From positions 465,302 to 529,301 of the forward strand of contig CAVOGR010000005.1 of NCBI GenBank assembly GCA_963695555.1: a stretch of DNA of 64,000 nucleotides. The letters are read 5' to 3'. This DNA is from an uncultured Gemmatimonadales bacterium. Lineage in GTDB: Bacteria; Gemmatimonadota; Gemmatimonadetes; Gemmatimonadales; GWC2-71-9. The position numbers and the translations under genes are program-made. A model generated the notes under the pieces. That model was not told the DNA's origin. It saw only the letters and a program-made list of their open reading frames with translations, and searched no databases. Below are positions 9,804 to 19,900 of the stretch, in pieces (position 1 is the first letter of the stretch; every line of letters begins with the position of its first letter).

Positions 9804-10544
9804 ATGAAGATCGGCATCCTGGAGACCGGCGAGGTCAGCCCGGACCTGAAGGCACGGCACGGCGACTACCCGGCGATGTTCGAGACCATGCTCGGTGCCG
9901 CCGACCCGGGCCTCGAGTTCGTCACCGTGCGGGTGGTGGCTGGTGAGATGCCGCGCGCACCTGGCGAGGCAGACGCCTGGCTCGTCACCGGCTCGCGGCA
10001 CGGGGTCTATGACGGGCTGCCCTGGATCGAGCCGCTCAAGGCCTTCCTGCGCGCCTGCCTGGCCGCAAGGGTGCCGGTGGTGGGCATCTGCTTCGGTCAC
10101 CAGATCCTCGCGGAGGCGCTGGGGGGGCGGGTGGAGAAGTCGGACAAGGGCTGGGGACTGGGCGTGCAGGACTACGAGCTGGTTGCCCGCCCCGGCTGGA
10201 TGACCGATCTGCCGGACCATTTCGCGGTGCGCGCCCTGCATCAGGACCAGGTGGTCACGCTGCCGCCCGACGCCACCGTGCTGGCCCGCTCGGCGCATTG
10301 CGACTATGCGGCCCTGGCCTACGGCGACCCCGAGGCGCCCGAGGCGATCTCGCTGCAGCCGCATCCCGAGTTCGGCGCCGCGTTCATGGACGACCTGATC
10401 GCGCTCCGCACCGGGACGGTGCTGGCCGAGGACGCGGCCGCCGAGGCGCGGGCGGGTCTGGCGCGCGAGGTCCACAGCGACAACTGGGCGCGGCTGATCG
10501 TGGGCTACCTGCATCGCATGGAGGCCATCCGCGCGGCGGCCTAG
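9804..10544 (+). CDS. Type 1 glutamine amidotransferase
   Basis: MKIGILETG, VTGSRHGVYD, GICFGHQ nucleophile elbow, QPHPE. Confidence 0.92.
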   Translation: MKIGILETGEVSPDLKARHGDYPAMFETMLGAADPGLEFVTVRVVAGEMPRAPGEADAWLVTGSRHGVYDGLPWIEPLKAFLRACLAARVPVVGICFGHQILAEALGGRVEKSDKGWGLGVQDYELVARPGWMTDLPDHFAVRALHQDQVVTLPPDATVLARSAHCDYAALAYGDPEAPEAISLQPHPEFGAAFMDDLIALRTGTVLAEDAAAEARAGLAREVHSDNWARLIVGYLHRMEAIRAAA

Positions 10545-10549
10545 GCTTC

Positions 10550-11164
10550 TTAGGTCCGCGCCTTACCGACAATAGTGTTGCGGAGCACAGCTAGAGCAAC
10601 CAGAAAGAACCCCGCGCCGACCGCCAGCCAGTAGCCTAATTTCAGAGCCCCGGTGAACCTGGTGTTACCACCTGTCATGGGATTGGGAACTACCGAAGTT
10701 CCAAGAAAGCTGACACCGCCGCCTCCGGCCCTCAGGTGAGCGATAACGAGAGCAGTTCCGACGGCGATCAGGTATGAGAGGCCAACGATCCCAATCAGCA
10801 CCTGGGGTAGCGAGAGCTTGAACCGGCCCAGTGTGATCCGTTTCTCCACGAAAAGGCTTACTGCCAGCGCCAACATACATATCCCCAAATACAACCACAT
10901 GAGGGGGGCAAAGAACGCCGGCATGGAATAGAGGGAGCTATTGGCGTAGGTTCTGATTTCGGGCGCAGCTATCTCAACCCCCCAGGGGCGCAATAGGATG
11001 TGATCGGCGCCTGACAGGTCGCTGATACGGGCTCCCCACCACGGGCTGAACCACGAGAACAACATGAGACCGGCAGCACCGACGACCAGGGCACGGAAAA
11101 GCCACAGCCTGAGACTACTCTGAGTGGTGCCTGTCGCCTGCGCCGCTGCCATGAGATCCTCCAT
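10550..11164 (-). CDS. Hypothetical integral membrane protein (about 4 TM helices)
   Basis: Four hydrophobic stretches in a 204-aa ORF; lower-GC codon usage; last gene of the flavoprotein cluster. Confidence 0.75.
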   Translation of the reverse strand: MEDLMAAAQATGTTQSSLRLWLFRALVVGAAGLMLFSWFSPWWGARISDLSGADHILLRPWGVEIAAPEIRTYANSSLYSMPAFFAPLMWLYLGICMLALAVSLFVEKRITLGRFKLSLPQVLIGIVGLSYLIAVGTALVIAHLRAGGGGVSFLGTSVVPNPMTGGNTRFTGALKLGYWLAVGAGFFLVALAVLRNTIVGKART

Positions 11165-11337
11165 TCGCCGGGCCTGCCCAGCTCTCCTGGGACAAAAAAT
11201 GCGTTATACCTTGGCTACACGCAGTCGACACTGAACCAACTGCCGCCGCACAAGACCTGACCGGAGCGGTCAAGTGATCTGAACCAGACAGGACCCTTCG
11301 TTGCTCAACCACCAAATCTCAACCACAGGCGCTGACA

Positions 11338-12286
11338 TCAGGTTGCGTAGTGCGAAACAGGATCGTCGGGAGGATCCGGTGCAAGCTCTGCCCTGACGGT
11401 GATGCGCTCCGTCACCTCGACGGTCCTCGCGGTGGCTGCGTACTTGGTCCCGGCAACGAGCAGCTTGTAGGTCCCTTTGACGACCTTGAGCGTCGCCACG
11501 CCGTTTTCGCCAGTGAAAGCCCGGTAGGGTTGCATGACAACTCGGGCGTTGCTGATCGGGGTCTGATTTGCAGCGTCGAATGCCTCCACGGTTACTTCGC
11601 AATCAGGCGGGTCCACGACCTGAACAGCGAAGGCGAGCGCGCCGGCGGAATGGGGGATCCCTGAACCCGCCGGGGGGATCCTGAGCCTCCCACGTCTGGT
11701 GGCCGGCGGCGAGTGGTGCCTGGCCTTCCACCTCGGCGAAGAAGAGCGTGCTGGTGCCCGGCCAGACCTCATCCTTCAGGGTTCCGGCAACCACCTGGAT
11801 CCCCTCGCCGTTGACGATGCTCACCTCCCTGCCGGCAAGATTGCAGCCGCACGAGCATTTGATGCCGACCTTTAGGGTGAAACGTTCGCCGCCGACGATC
11901 GCCGTCGGCAGGCCCCAGACGGTCAGCCGCATCGCGTGCGCCTTCACCACGAACGCGAACTCGGTCGAGACCTCGTCGTGCGGGGTGCCGGCCTGCTCCG
12001 GGGTTATGAGAACGGCCCGCAGCACATGCTCTCCCTCCGTCAGGGGCGCATCGAGCGGGATCTGGTCGGTGACGTAGATCTGGCCCTCGGACTTCGTCAG
12101 CTCGGCGAATGCCAGCTCGTCTTCGTCCAGATTCCGGATGGAGACGCCGAGATCGCCGTGGTCGCGTCCGGGTGGAACCGCGACCTGGCATCTCACGGTG
12201 AACTCGGCCCCGGCATCCACCTCCGGGGGCGAGATCTCGACGAACCATGGGGATAGTTCAGTAGGGGTATCGATTTCCGCAGTCAC
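11338..12286 (-). CDS. Beta-sandwich / carboxypeptidase-regulatory-like domain protein (frameshift near 11685)
   Basis: ORF 11603..12286 joins ORF 11338..11772 (PISNARVVMQPYRAFTGENGVATLKVVKGTYKLLV); KCSCGC motif; no signal peptide. Confidence 0.6.
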
Positions 12287-12368
12287 AGAACCAGCTCAAT
12301 TCTTGCGCGTACATGAATGCCGGTGGGTCATGCGACCCACCGGAACCGTTCAGACGATCGCCAGCGAT

Positions 12369-14462
12369 TCAAACCCCTTCCTGGGCGATGTTCGTGCCGG
12401 CGATGAAGCCGGTGACGTGGGCCCTGGCAAGACCGTGCTGGTTGCCGCTGCCGCTGGCCTCGCCCCCGGTATAGAGGCCGGGGATCACCTGGCCCTCCAT
12501 GTCGAGGACCTGGGCCTTTTCGTTGGTCCGCAGACCACCGTAGGAGTCATGCCAGACCACCATGAGCGACGCCGCGTAGAAGGGCGGCGTATTGATCTGG
12601 TGCATCGGCGCATCGGCCCCGCGCCCGAACTCTTCGTCCGTGCCGGCGGCCGCGGCGGTGTTCCAGTTCTGCACCGTCTCAGCAAGGTACGTCAGCGGAA
12701 CCCTCTGGAACTCGTGGCCGGCCTCGATCTGCGCGACCAGGTCCTCGATGGTGTCGGCAACGAAGAAGTAGCCGTTCTCGAGCGAGGTGAAGGGCGGATC
12801 GATGTTCCACCCGTCACGTTCCACCGCGGCGCTGTCGAAGATCGCCCACAGCGGGCCGGAGTAGTAGTCCGGAGCGGTGGAGCCCTCGTTCATCGCCAGC
12901 GCGGCATCGACGCCGGCGTACCGGTCGTAGATCTGCCGAACGAAAGCGGGGTCGCAGTTGCGCCAGTCGAGCGGCACATGTGCGACACCGGTGTTCGGCG
13001 TGCCGGAGGCAGGCCCGCCGGGAAACCAAGACAGGCCTATGCGCTTGGTCAGATTGATTTCGTTGTAGAACCTCTTCCCGACCTGGTTGACGGCGATCAG
13101 GTGCTCGAAGGAATTGGTGCCGAAGAGCGCGATCCCCGTCGATTTCCTCGACGAGAACGTCGGGTGTCCGGGAAGCTCGCCGCTGTAGGCGTCCCGGGTC
13201 GCGAGCCTTTGCGGAATATGGTAGGTGATCGGTATCGCAAGGTTCTGCTGCATTCCGGACAAGGTGGCGCCGGCCCTGATGCCCGCGATGATCCCGCTCG
13301 CATCTTGACCGCGAGGCCCGAGCACAGCCCAGGTGCTCGCCGGGAAGGCCGGCTCCCGCATCGCAGGATAGAACATGCTGCGGTACTGCGGATTGCCCGA
13401 GTGTCCGCCCGTGGCGATCATCACCCCCTTGAGGGCCCGCACGGTGATGGTCTCCCGCGTTTCCTCGACGTTGCCGTTGTTCCACAGGCTCTGGAGCTGC
13501 TCGCCGGTGTCCGGGTCATGGCGCGGCGAGTAGGAGGCCCTGATTCCCAACACCCGGCCCGAGAGCGGCTGCTCGCGGATCAGCGCGTCCATGTGGCGGT
13601 TGAGTATGAACTCGATGCCCTTTTCCCGCGCGCTGAACTCCAGGCACCTTGCCATGCAAGCGCCAGCACCCACGGTATCCGGCCCGGCCACGTCACTGGT
13701 ATCGTTCAAAGGGATGGGGGCGAAGTGACTCGCGTGCACGTTCAGCGTGCCGGCATCCTCGCGGGTGATCGTTCCCGCCTTGATGTCGGTCACGGCGCCC
13801 AGCTTGAGGAAGGGACCGGCCTGCCGGGCGCGCGAGATGCCCGAATTAGGATTCGAGCCGCGGATCCGGGCAAAGCGAACGTAGTTGTCCATCATCAGCT
13901 GCCGTGCGCCAGAGGCATTCTCGGCCATCGCGCGCTGAATCGCACGCTCATTGTACCGGTATGGCGCCTGGGCCGCGGCGTCTATCACCGACCAGTCGGT
14001 CCATTCTGTGAAGAGGCGCTCCACATCGTCGGTCAACTCCTCCGCTGTATGCGGGGAAGGAACCGTGATGAATCCTTCGGGGTCGCTTTCGCCCGCAAGG
14101 TCGCGCAGCTGTATCGGGTCGCCGCCGCCGAGCGAGGTCTGCCCGCCGCTGTGAAGCATCTTGCCGCCGACATCGAAATTCCCTTCGATCACCAGCACAG
14201 ACGCCCCGGCATCCCGGGCACGAATGGCACAGAGCAGACCCGAAGCCCCACCGCCGCAAACAACAACGTCGGCTTCATAGTCCCACTGGATGCCGTCGCT
14301 CGCCGGCGCGTCCTGCGCCTGCGCAACACTCGGACCGGCCAGAACGCCTGCGCCGACCGCTGCCGCAGCGCCCGTCCGGAAGAATTCACGCCGACTGAAG
14401 GCGCTCTCCTCAAGCGTCTCGATCTCTTTGACGGCGCCCGTCTTCTTTACGTTGTCGGTCAT
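12369..14462 (-). CDS. Tat-exported FAD-binding oxidoreductase (flavocytochrome c / FAD_binding_2 family)
   Basis: FSRREFFRTG twin-arginine signal with AQA cleavage; YEADVVVCGGGASG; GVMIATGG; HDSYGGLRTN; VIPGLYTGGEASG. Confidence 0.88.
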   Translation of the reverse strand: MTDNVKKTGAVKEIETLEESAFSRREFFRTGAAAAVGAGVLAGPSVAQAQDAPASDGIQWDYEADVVVCGGGASGLLCAIRARDAGASVLVIEGNFDVGGKMLHSGGQTSLGGGDPIQLRDLAGESDPEGFITVPSPHTAEELTDDVERLFTEWTDWSVIDAAAQAPYRYNERAIQRAMAENASGARQLMMDNYVRFARIRGSNPNSGISRARQAGPFLKLGAVTDIKAGTITREDAGTLNVHASHFAPIPLNDTSDVAGPDTVGAGACMARCLEFSAREKGIEFILNRHMDALIREQPLSGRVLGIRASYSPRHDPDTGEQLQSLWNNGNVEETRETITVRALKGVMIATGGHSGNPQYRSMFYPAMREPAFPASTWAVLGPRGQDASGIIAGIRAGATLSGMQQNLAIPITYHIPQRLATRDAYSGELPGHPTFSSRKSTGIALFGTNSFEHLIAVNQVGKRFYNEINLTKRIGLSWFPGGPASGTPNTGVAHVPLDWRNCDPAFVRQIYDRYAGVDAALAMNEGSTAPDYYSGPLWAIFDSAAVERDGWNIDPPFTSLENGYFFVADTIEDLVAQIEAGHEFQRVPLTYLAETVQNWNTAAAAGTDEEFGRGADAPMHQINTPPFYAASLMVVWHDSYGGLRTNEKAQVLDMEGQVIPGLYTGGEASGSGNQHGLARAHVTGFIAGTNIAQEGV

Positions 14463-14751
14463 CGTTTCCTCACCCGGTTTTGTCTTCTGCGGAACCGCCC
14501 AACTGGCGAAACTCTTCCGGCGCCTTCAGTGCCGGATGTACGAAAGGGCGCAGGCCACTCGCGTGCGCGAACCCGTCGCCACCGATTTCTATGTCGGCGC
14601 GCGTGCTGAATGGCGCTGCACTAACGGAATAGCTCTTGCGCCGGCTGCGCTTTCCTCCCGTACGAACGTCAGTTTAGGAGCGACTGGTCGTCTGCGTCCA
14701 AGGCATATTCTGCCTGACACCAAGCTGATTTTTGCGGTAGCAGCCTCGGGA

Positions 14752-15696
14752 TCAAACTAACCCGTCGACGATGCTTCCAAGGTGCACGGCCCGGCTGCCC
14801 GGAGCCGTGCAGGCTTGAAGGATAACCCTGTCCAGGAACCTGAAAGGTTCACGATCCGCGAAACTGTCGAGAACTCTGTTGCCGATCACGAATGACGTGG
14901 TCAGCTTCAGCTTGGGATCGATGATCTCGCGCGCCTCGACGAGGCCTTGCGCAGCCTCCAGGGCCACCAGTTCGAAGGTCAGGATGCTGGCCGAAAGGCC
15001 GCGAAGCACCATGCCCTTTGCGGCGAATATCGATTCGACGGGATAGCGCAGATCGACCGAGAGCCCGAGATCGGCCGCGAAAGTCCGCACGACTTGTATG
15101 GTGGTACTGTTCGGCCCGAATGCCAGCGGGAATTGCAGCGCGTCCCGAAACGCGATCGGGGTACTCCCTGCGTCCGTGTGCGGGGGCGTCACAAGGGCGA
15201 GGTACTGCTCGAACACCGGAATGCTGGTGGTATCCGGGAGAGGCTCCGCATCCTGAATGAAGGCGCAGTCGATCTGGTGTCGGGTCAGCTGGACCATCAG
15301 CGACCGACTGACCGACCCGACGACGTGAAAGTGGATTCCGTGCAGACCGGCCGGGTCGGCCGCGGCGATTTCGGGGCCGATCATCGTGGAGATACTCGGC
15401 GGTAGCCCGACCCGGATGTCTATCTGATGGCTCTGCAAGGATCTGATCCGATCCTCAAGATCCTGTAATCGTTCAATCAATGCGACGCCGTCGCGGTACA
15501 GAAGCTGCCCTGCCTTCGTCGGCGTCACGCCCTTGGAATGCCGATTGAGGAGCGGCAGACCCATCTGCTGCTCGAGGGCCCGGATCTGCAGTCCGAGCGC
15601 CGTTTGCGCGACGTTGAGGTCCTGGGACGCGCGCGTGATGTTCCCTGTTTCCACGACATGAAAGAAGTAACGAAGCTGCTTCAGCGTCAGGGACAT
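14752..15696 (-). CDS. LysR family transcriptional regulator
   Basis: MSLTLKQLRYFFHVVETGNITRASQDLNVAQTALGLQIRALEQQMG HTH. Confidence 0.9.
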   Translation of the reverse strand: MSLTLKQLRYFFHVVETGNITRASQDLNVAQTALGLQIRALEQQMGLPLLNRHSKGVTPTKAGQLLYRDGVALIERLQDLEDRIRSLQSHQIDIRVGLPPSISTMIGPEIAAADPAGLHGIHFHVVGSVSRSLMVQLTRHQIDCAFIQDAEPLPDTTSIPVFEQYLALVTPPHTDAGSTPIAFRDALQFPLAFGPNSTTIQVVRTFAADLGLSVDLRYPVESIFAAKGMVLRGLSASILTFELVALEAAQGLVEAREIIDPKLKLTTSFVIGNRVLDSFADREPFRFLDRVILQACTAPGSRAVHLGSIVDGLV

Positions 15697-15814
15697 AGCA
15701 AACCCAAGTGCACCCAAGAGGCTAATTCGACCGGCGCCCCGCAGTCAATTTCCATCTCGAACCCCTGGTAGCAAACTGACGTTACCTCTTGTTTTTCCGC
15801 GACAGGCATCGATG

Positions 15815-16050
15815 GCAACTGCTCACGCTCCGGCACTTTCCCTTTGAACGGTTGAATCGGGCGTGATTCAAGCTTGGGATGAACCGGACAGACCTTGATG
15901 TCCTGAGCCGGAAGCATCTGATCGAGCTGGTGCTGGGCCGGGCGGAGTTGATGAGACGGCTGGAGCAGCGGGTGGCCGAGTTCGAAGCCAGGCTCAGGCT
16001 GCCGCCGAAGACGCCGGCGAACTCGAGCGTTCCACCCTCGCAGGGGCACA
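15815..16050 (+). mobile_element. IS66-family transposase 5' remnant
   Basis: Coiled coil followed by LPPKTPANSSVPPSQG, typical of IS66 TnpC N-termini (ORF from 15879); truncated; GCAACTGCTCA at 15815 resembles a degenerate IS66 left end. Confidence 0.6.
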
Positions 16051-16059
16051 GGCCGCAAG

Positions 16060-16304
16060 GCCTGGAAACAGGAGACCCGCAACCAGCGGCGCTCCCTCGC
16101 CAAGACGGCGATGGGCCGCTACGAGGCGATCATCGGGCCACGCCTGAAGGCCCGCACCTTCGACCGCCAGCAGGTCGAAGCCGCCCTGGCCGCGCGCTAC
16201 CTCATCTACTTCACCGCCCACGGTATGCCAAAGACCCTCAGGATCGCCTGAGATCGCGGGAGAAAGGGGGCGATCCAACCCCGACAGTTCCATGCAACAA
16301 CGCC
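16060..16304 (+). mobile_element. IS5-family (IS903 group) transposase 3' remnant with right end
   Basis: WKQETRNQRRSLAKTAMGRYEAIIGPRLKARTFDRQQVEA...GMPKTLRIA* (stop near 16251); terminal TGCAACAACGCC at 16293-16304. Confidence 0.7.
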
Positions 16305-16581
16305 TCCCTTTGATGCTGCTGCGTCTTCCCGAGCCGCGCCCCGAGCTGACTAGTAAATAGACCAATTCCCCCTTGACGACCGCTGGCACCGCAAGTCCGG
16401 CTCGTACTCCCGGCCCCGGCGAGTTTGACTAGCTCGAAAAGCTGTGACGGTTCTCCCGAGGATTTCGTATACCATCGGTATGCTTTTGTCACCATCAATT
16501 CACGGTGTGCGGTCTTTGTGCCGTGCCCGAGCGCCCGGCGGGCGCCTTCCCCGGCGTCACGGTCGAGGCATGAACCAAAGC

Positions 16582-17550
16582 TTAGGCGAGGATCGCTTCG
16601 GCGAAGCGGTCGGCATCGACGTTGCCGCCGCTGGCCACCACGATCACCGTATCACCCGCGATCTCGTCGGCGCGGAACACCGCCGCCGCCAGCGCCACTG
16701 CGCCGCCGGGCTCCAGCACCAGCTTGAGGTGGCGGAAGGCGAGCGCCATCGCGCGCATGGCTTCGGCGTCACTCACCACCAGACCCGGCCCCGCCAGCCG
16801 CGCCAGCACCGGGAAGGTCAGCGCACCGGGCTGCGGGCTCAGGATCGCGTCGCAGAGCGATCCGGCGGTGCGCGGGTTGCGCTCGCGCCGGCCCGAGACC
16901 AGAGAGCGCGCCGTGTCGTCGAAGCCCTCCGGCTCGACGGTGCGGACCCTGAGGCCCGGCGCCTCGGCCTCCAGCGCCAGCGCGGTACCGGCCGAAAGCC
17001 CGCCGCCACCGCAGGGGATCAGCACGTCTGCCACGCCGACGCCGGCCTCTGCCACCTGCCCGGCCAGCTCCAGCCCCACGGTGCCCTGGCCGGCGATGAC
17101 CTCGACATGGTCAAAGGGCGGGATGAGCGTGAGCCCGCGTTCGGCGGCAAGCCCTGCCCCGAGCGCGTCGCGGTCGGTACCGGCGCGGTCGTATAGCACG
17201 ACCTGGCCCCCCAGCGACTTGGTGCCCTCGATCTTTGACGCGGGCGCATCCGACGGCATCAGGATCACCGCCGTGGTGCCATGCGCCGCCGCCGCCCAGG
17301 CGACGCCCTGGGCATGGTTGCCCGAGGAATAGGCCATGACGCCGCGCTCAAGTGCTTCCGGCGTCAGCGCCGAGACTGCCGCCCAACCGCCGCGCGCCTT
17401 GAACGAGCCGGTGACCTGAAGGCTTTCGGCCTTCACCAGCACCCGCCGCCCCGCCAGCGCATCCAACGCCGGGTTGGCGAGGAGCGGCGTGCGCCGCACA
17501 TGCCCCGCGATCCGGCCCGCTGCGGCCCGGATCGCAGCGATCCCGGTCAC
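16582..17550 (-). CDS. PLP-dependent serine/threonine dehydratase
   Basis: RRTPLL, KAESLQVTGSFKARG, SSGNHAQG, PCGGGGL, EPGGAVALAA, SGGNVD; GTG start overlaps the upstream stop. Confidence 0.92.
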   Translation of the reverse strand: MTGIAAIRAAAGRIAGHVRRTPLLANPALDALAGRRVLVKAESLQVTGSFKARGGWAAVSALTPEALERGVMAYSSGNHAQGVAWAAAAHGTTAVILMPSDAPASKIEGTKSLGGQVVLYDRAGTDRDALGAGLAAERGLTLIPPFDHVEVIAGQGTVGLELAGQVAEAGVGVADVLIPCGGGGLSAGTALALEAEAPGLRVRTVEPEGFDDTARSLVSGRRERNPRTAGSLCDAILSPQPGALTFPVLARLAGPGLVVSDAEAMRAMALAFRHLKLVLEPGGAVALAAAVFRADEIAGDTVIVVASGGNVDADRFAEAILA

Positions 17551-18398
17551 GGCGCCACCCGCGCCAGGAAGGCCGCAATTGCCGCCACCGCCTCCGGCTC
17601 GTCCAGGAACGGCACATGCCCGCGATCCGCCACCACGGTCACCACCAGATCGGGCCGGCGGGCGGCCATCGCCTCGACCGTGGCGGGCGAGAGGAGATCG
17701 GAGTTCGCCCCGCAGAGCAGCGCCAGCGGGACCATTGGCAGCGCATCGAAAAGCGGCCACATGTCCGGCAGCGGCGCGCCCGGCTCCAGCGCCGCGAGGC
17801 CCGCCTCGAAGGCGTCGCGCAGCCGCGGATCGTAGCGCAGCGCCACCCCCCCGCCGGGAAGTTCGCGCCAGATCCGCGTCGCATGCACCCGCCAGGCCGC
17901 CACCGACACCCCGGGGAACCGATCGCGTGAACTGGCTTGCAGCGCCACGGCGCCGGCCTCGTAGTCGGCATAGGGCGGAACCCGGCCGATATAGTCTAGG
18001 ATGCGGTCGACGCCGCCCTTCTCCAGCACCGGCCCGACGTCGTTGAACATCACCCCGGCCAGCCGCTGCGGGGCTGTGGCCGCGATCACCATGGCCAGAA
18101 TCCCGCCCCGCGACGTGCCGAGCACCGGCACGCGGGCAATCCCGAGGTGGTCCAGCAGCTCCAGCGCGTCGCGCGCCTCGACGCCGACGTTGTAGTTGGC
18201 CGGGTCGGGATCGAAGTCCGAGGCCCCTCGCCCGCGCGGATCGAGCCGGATCAGCCGCAGCCCCGCCCCGAAACGCTCGGCCACCGGGTCGAAATCGGCG
18301 CCGTTGCGGGTGAGGCCCGGCAGGCAGAGGAGCGGCGGCCCGACACCCTCGTCGCGATAGGCGAGCGACAGGCCATCGGACGTGGTGAAACGCTTCAT
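17547..18398 (-). CDS. Alpha/beta hydrolase
   Basis: MKRFTTSDGLSLAY, PGLTRNGADF, GTSRGG, GHVPFLDE. Confidence 0.92.
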   Translation of the reverse strand: MKRFTTSDGLSLAYRDEGVGPPLLCLPGLTRNGADFDPVAERFGAGLRLIRLDPRGRGASDFDPDPANYNVGVEARDALELLDHLGIARVPVLGTSRGGILAMVIAATAPQRLAGVMFNDVGPVLEKGGVDRILDYIGRVPPYADYEAGAVALQASSRDRFPGVSVAAWRVHATRIWRELPGGGVALRYDPRLRDAFEAGLAALEPGAPLPDMWPLFDALPMVPLALLCGANSDLLSPATVEAMAARRPDLVVTVVADRGHVPFLDEPEAVAAIAAFLARVAP

Positions 18399-19084
18399 GC
18401 GAGCCTCCGCGCGAGGTCGGGAACGCCGGTGAGATCGGCCGCCACATGGCCGGGCACCCAGGGCAACCGGTCGCGCGGCGCGCCGTCGCGGTTCACCCAG
18501 AGCGTCACGAAGCCGAACCCTGCGCCGGCAGCCGCGTCCCATCCATTCGACGAAACGAACAGGACCTCGCCTGGTTCCATGCCGAACCGCCGGCCGACCA
18601 GGTCGTAGACCACCCGCGCCGGCTTGAAGACCCCGACCTCCTCCACCGAGAGGATCGCGTCGAGGAGGCCGCCGACGCCGGCGTTGCCCACCGCCGCGTC
18701 CAGCATGGCCGGCGATCCGTTCGACAGGATCGCGGTGGCGAGCCCGCCCGCACGAAGGCCCGCGAGCATCGCGGGCACTTCCGGATAGGCCTCGAGCTCG
18801 TGGTAGAGCGCGAGCAACCGCGCGCGCAGCGCCGCGTCGCCGCCGAGGCCGGCCGCCTCCAGCGCCCAGTCGAGGCCGTCCTGGGTCACCTGCCAGAAGT
18901 CCGCATGCGCGCCGGTGACGGCCCGGAGCCATGTGTATTGCAGCTGCTTCAGCCGCCAGTCCCTCGCTACCGCCGCCCAGTGCGGCGCGAGCCGGGCGAA
19001 AGCCGGTTCACCTGCGGCGCGCCGGGCGGCGGCGGCCACGTCGAAGAGCGTGCCATACGCATCGAAGACGACAACCTTGATCAT
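18395..19084 (-). CDS. Haloacid dehalogenase type II
   Basis: FDAYGTLFD, WRLKQLQYTWL, LSNG, KP, FVSSNGWD. Confidence 0.93.
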   Translation of the reverse strand: MIKVVVFDAYGTLFDVAAAARRAAGEPAFARLAPHWAAVARDWRLKQLQYTWLRAVTGAHADFWQVTQDGLDWALEAAGLGGDAALRARLLALYHELEAYPEVPAMLAGLRAGGLATAILSNGSPAMLDAAVGNAGVGGLLDAILSVEEVGVFKPARVVYDLVGRRFGMEPGEVLFVSSNGWDAAAGAGFGFVTLWVNRDGAPRDRLPWVPGHVAADLTGVPDLARRLA

Positions 19085-19096
19085 CCAGCTGTGCCG

Positions 19097-19900
19097 TCAG
19101 AGGTTCTCCGGCTGCGCCATGCCGGTGACGTGGTAGCCGCCATCGACGAAGATCACCTCGCCGGTGGTGCAGGCGCCCAGATCCGAGGCCAGATAGACCG
19201 CCGTGCCCCCTACCGCCTCCAGCGTCGCGTTGGCGCGCAGCGGCGCGTTCATCTCGGTGGCGTGGTAGACCTTGCGCGCCCCGGCGATGGCCGCGCCCGC
19301 CAGCGTGCGCATCGGCCCCGGCGAAATCGCGTTCACCCGGATGCCCTGCGGCCCGAGGTCATTGGCGAGGTAGCGCACCGCGCTCTCCAGCGCCGCCTTG
19401 GCCACGCCCATGACGTTGTAATGCGGCGTCACCCGCTGCGCACCGAGATAGGTCATCGTCATCACCGACCCGCCTTCGGTCATCAGCGGCACCGCCCTGC
19501 GCGTCAGATCGACCAGACTGTAGCAGGAGATGTCGAGCGAGTTGAGGAAGTTCGCCCGGCTGGTGTCGAGAAACCGCCCGTCGAGCTCGGCCTTGTCCGA
19601 ATAGGCGATCGCGTGCACCAGCACGTCGAGCCGCCCCCACTCAGCCGCGATGCGGGCACAGAGCGCGTCGAGCGAGGACGCGTCCTGCACGTCCGCCGGC
19701 GCAATGATCGCCGCTCCCAGCAATTCCGCCAGCGGGATCACCCGCCGCCCGAAGCCCTCGCCCTGGTAGGTGAAGGCGAGCTCGGCCCCCTGCTTGTGCA
19801 GCGCCTTCGCGATGCCCCAGGCGATGGAATGGTCGTTGGCGACGCCGAGGATCAGCGCGCGCTTGCCCGCCAGCAGACCGCCGGGCACGGCGTCACCCAT
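19097..19900 (-). CDS. fabI: Enoyl-ACP reductase
   Basis: [37 protein letters not shown]. Confidence 0.95.
   Translation of the reverse strand: MGDAVPGGLLAGKRALILGVANDHSIAWGIAKALHKQGAELAFTYQGEGFGRRVIPLAELLGAAIIAPADVQDASSLDALCARIAAEWGRLDVLVHAIAYSDKAELDGRFLDTSRANFLNSLDISCYSLVDLTRRAVPLMTEGGSVMTMTYLGAQRVTPHYNVMGVAKAALESAVRYLANDLGPQGIRVNAISPGPMRTLAGAAIAGARKVYHATEMNAPLRANATLEAVGGTAVYLASDLGACTTGEVIFVDGGYHVTGMAQPENL

Noticed and set aside
12138..14609. 823-aa plus-strand ORF and other long antisense ORFs (e.g. 42595..44880, 29785..31299, 2148..3716)
   Set aside because: Shadow frames opposite well-supported genes in high-GC DNA; no recognisable motifs
16310..16510. ORF 16238..16498 in lower-GC DNA
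   Set aside because: No recognisable motif or RBS, and it overlaps the IS end
10540..16585. Target-site direct repeats flanking the flavoprotein island
   Set aside because: Only short TAGG-type matches around stop codons; not significant
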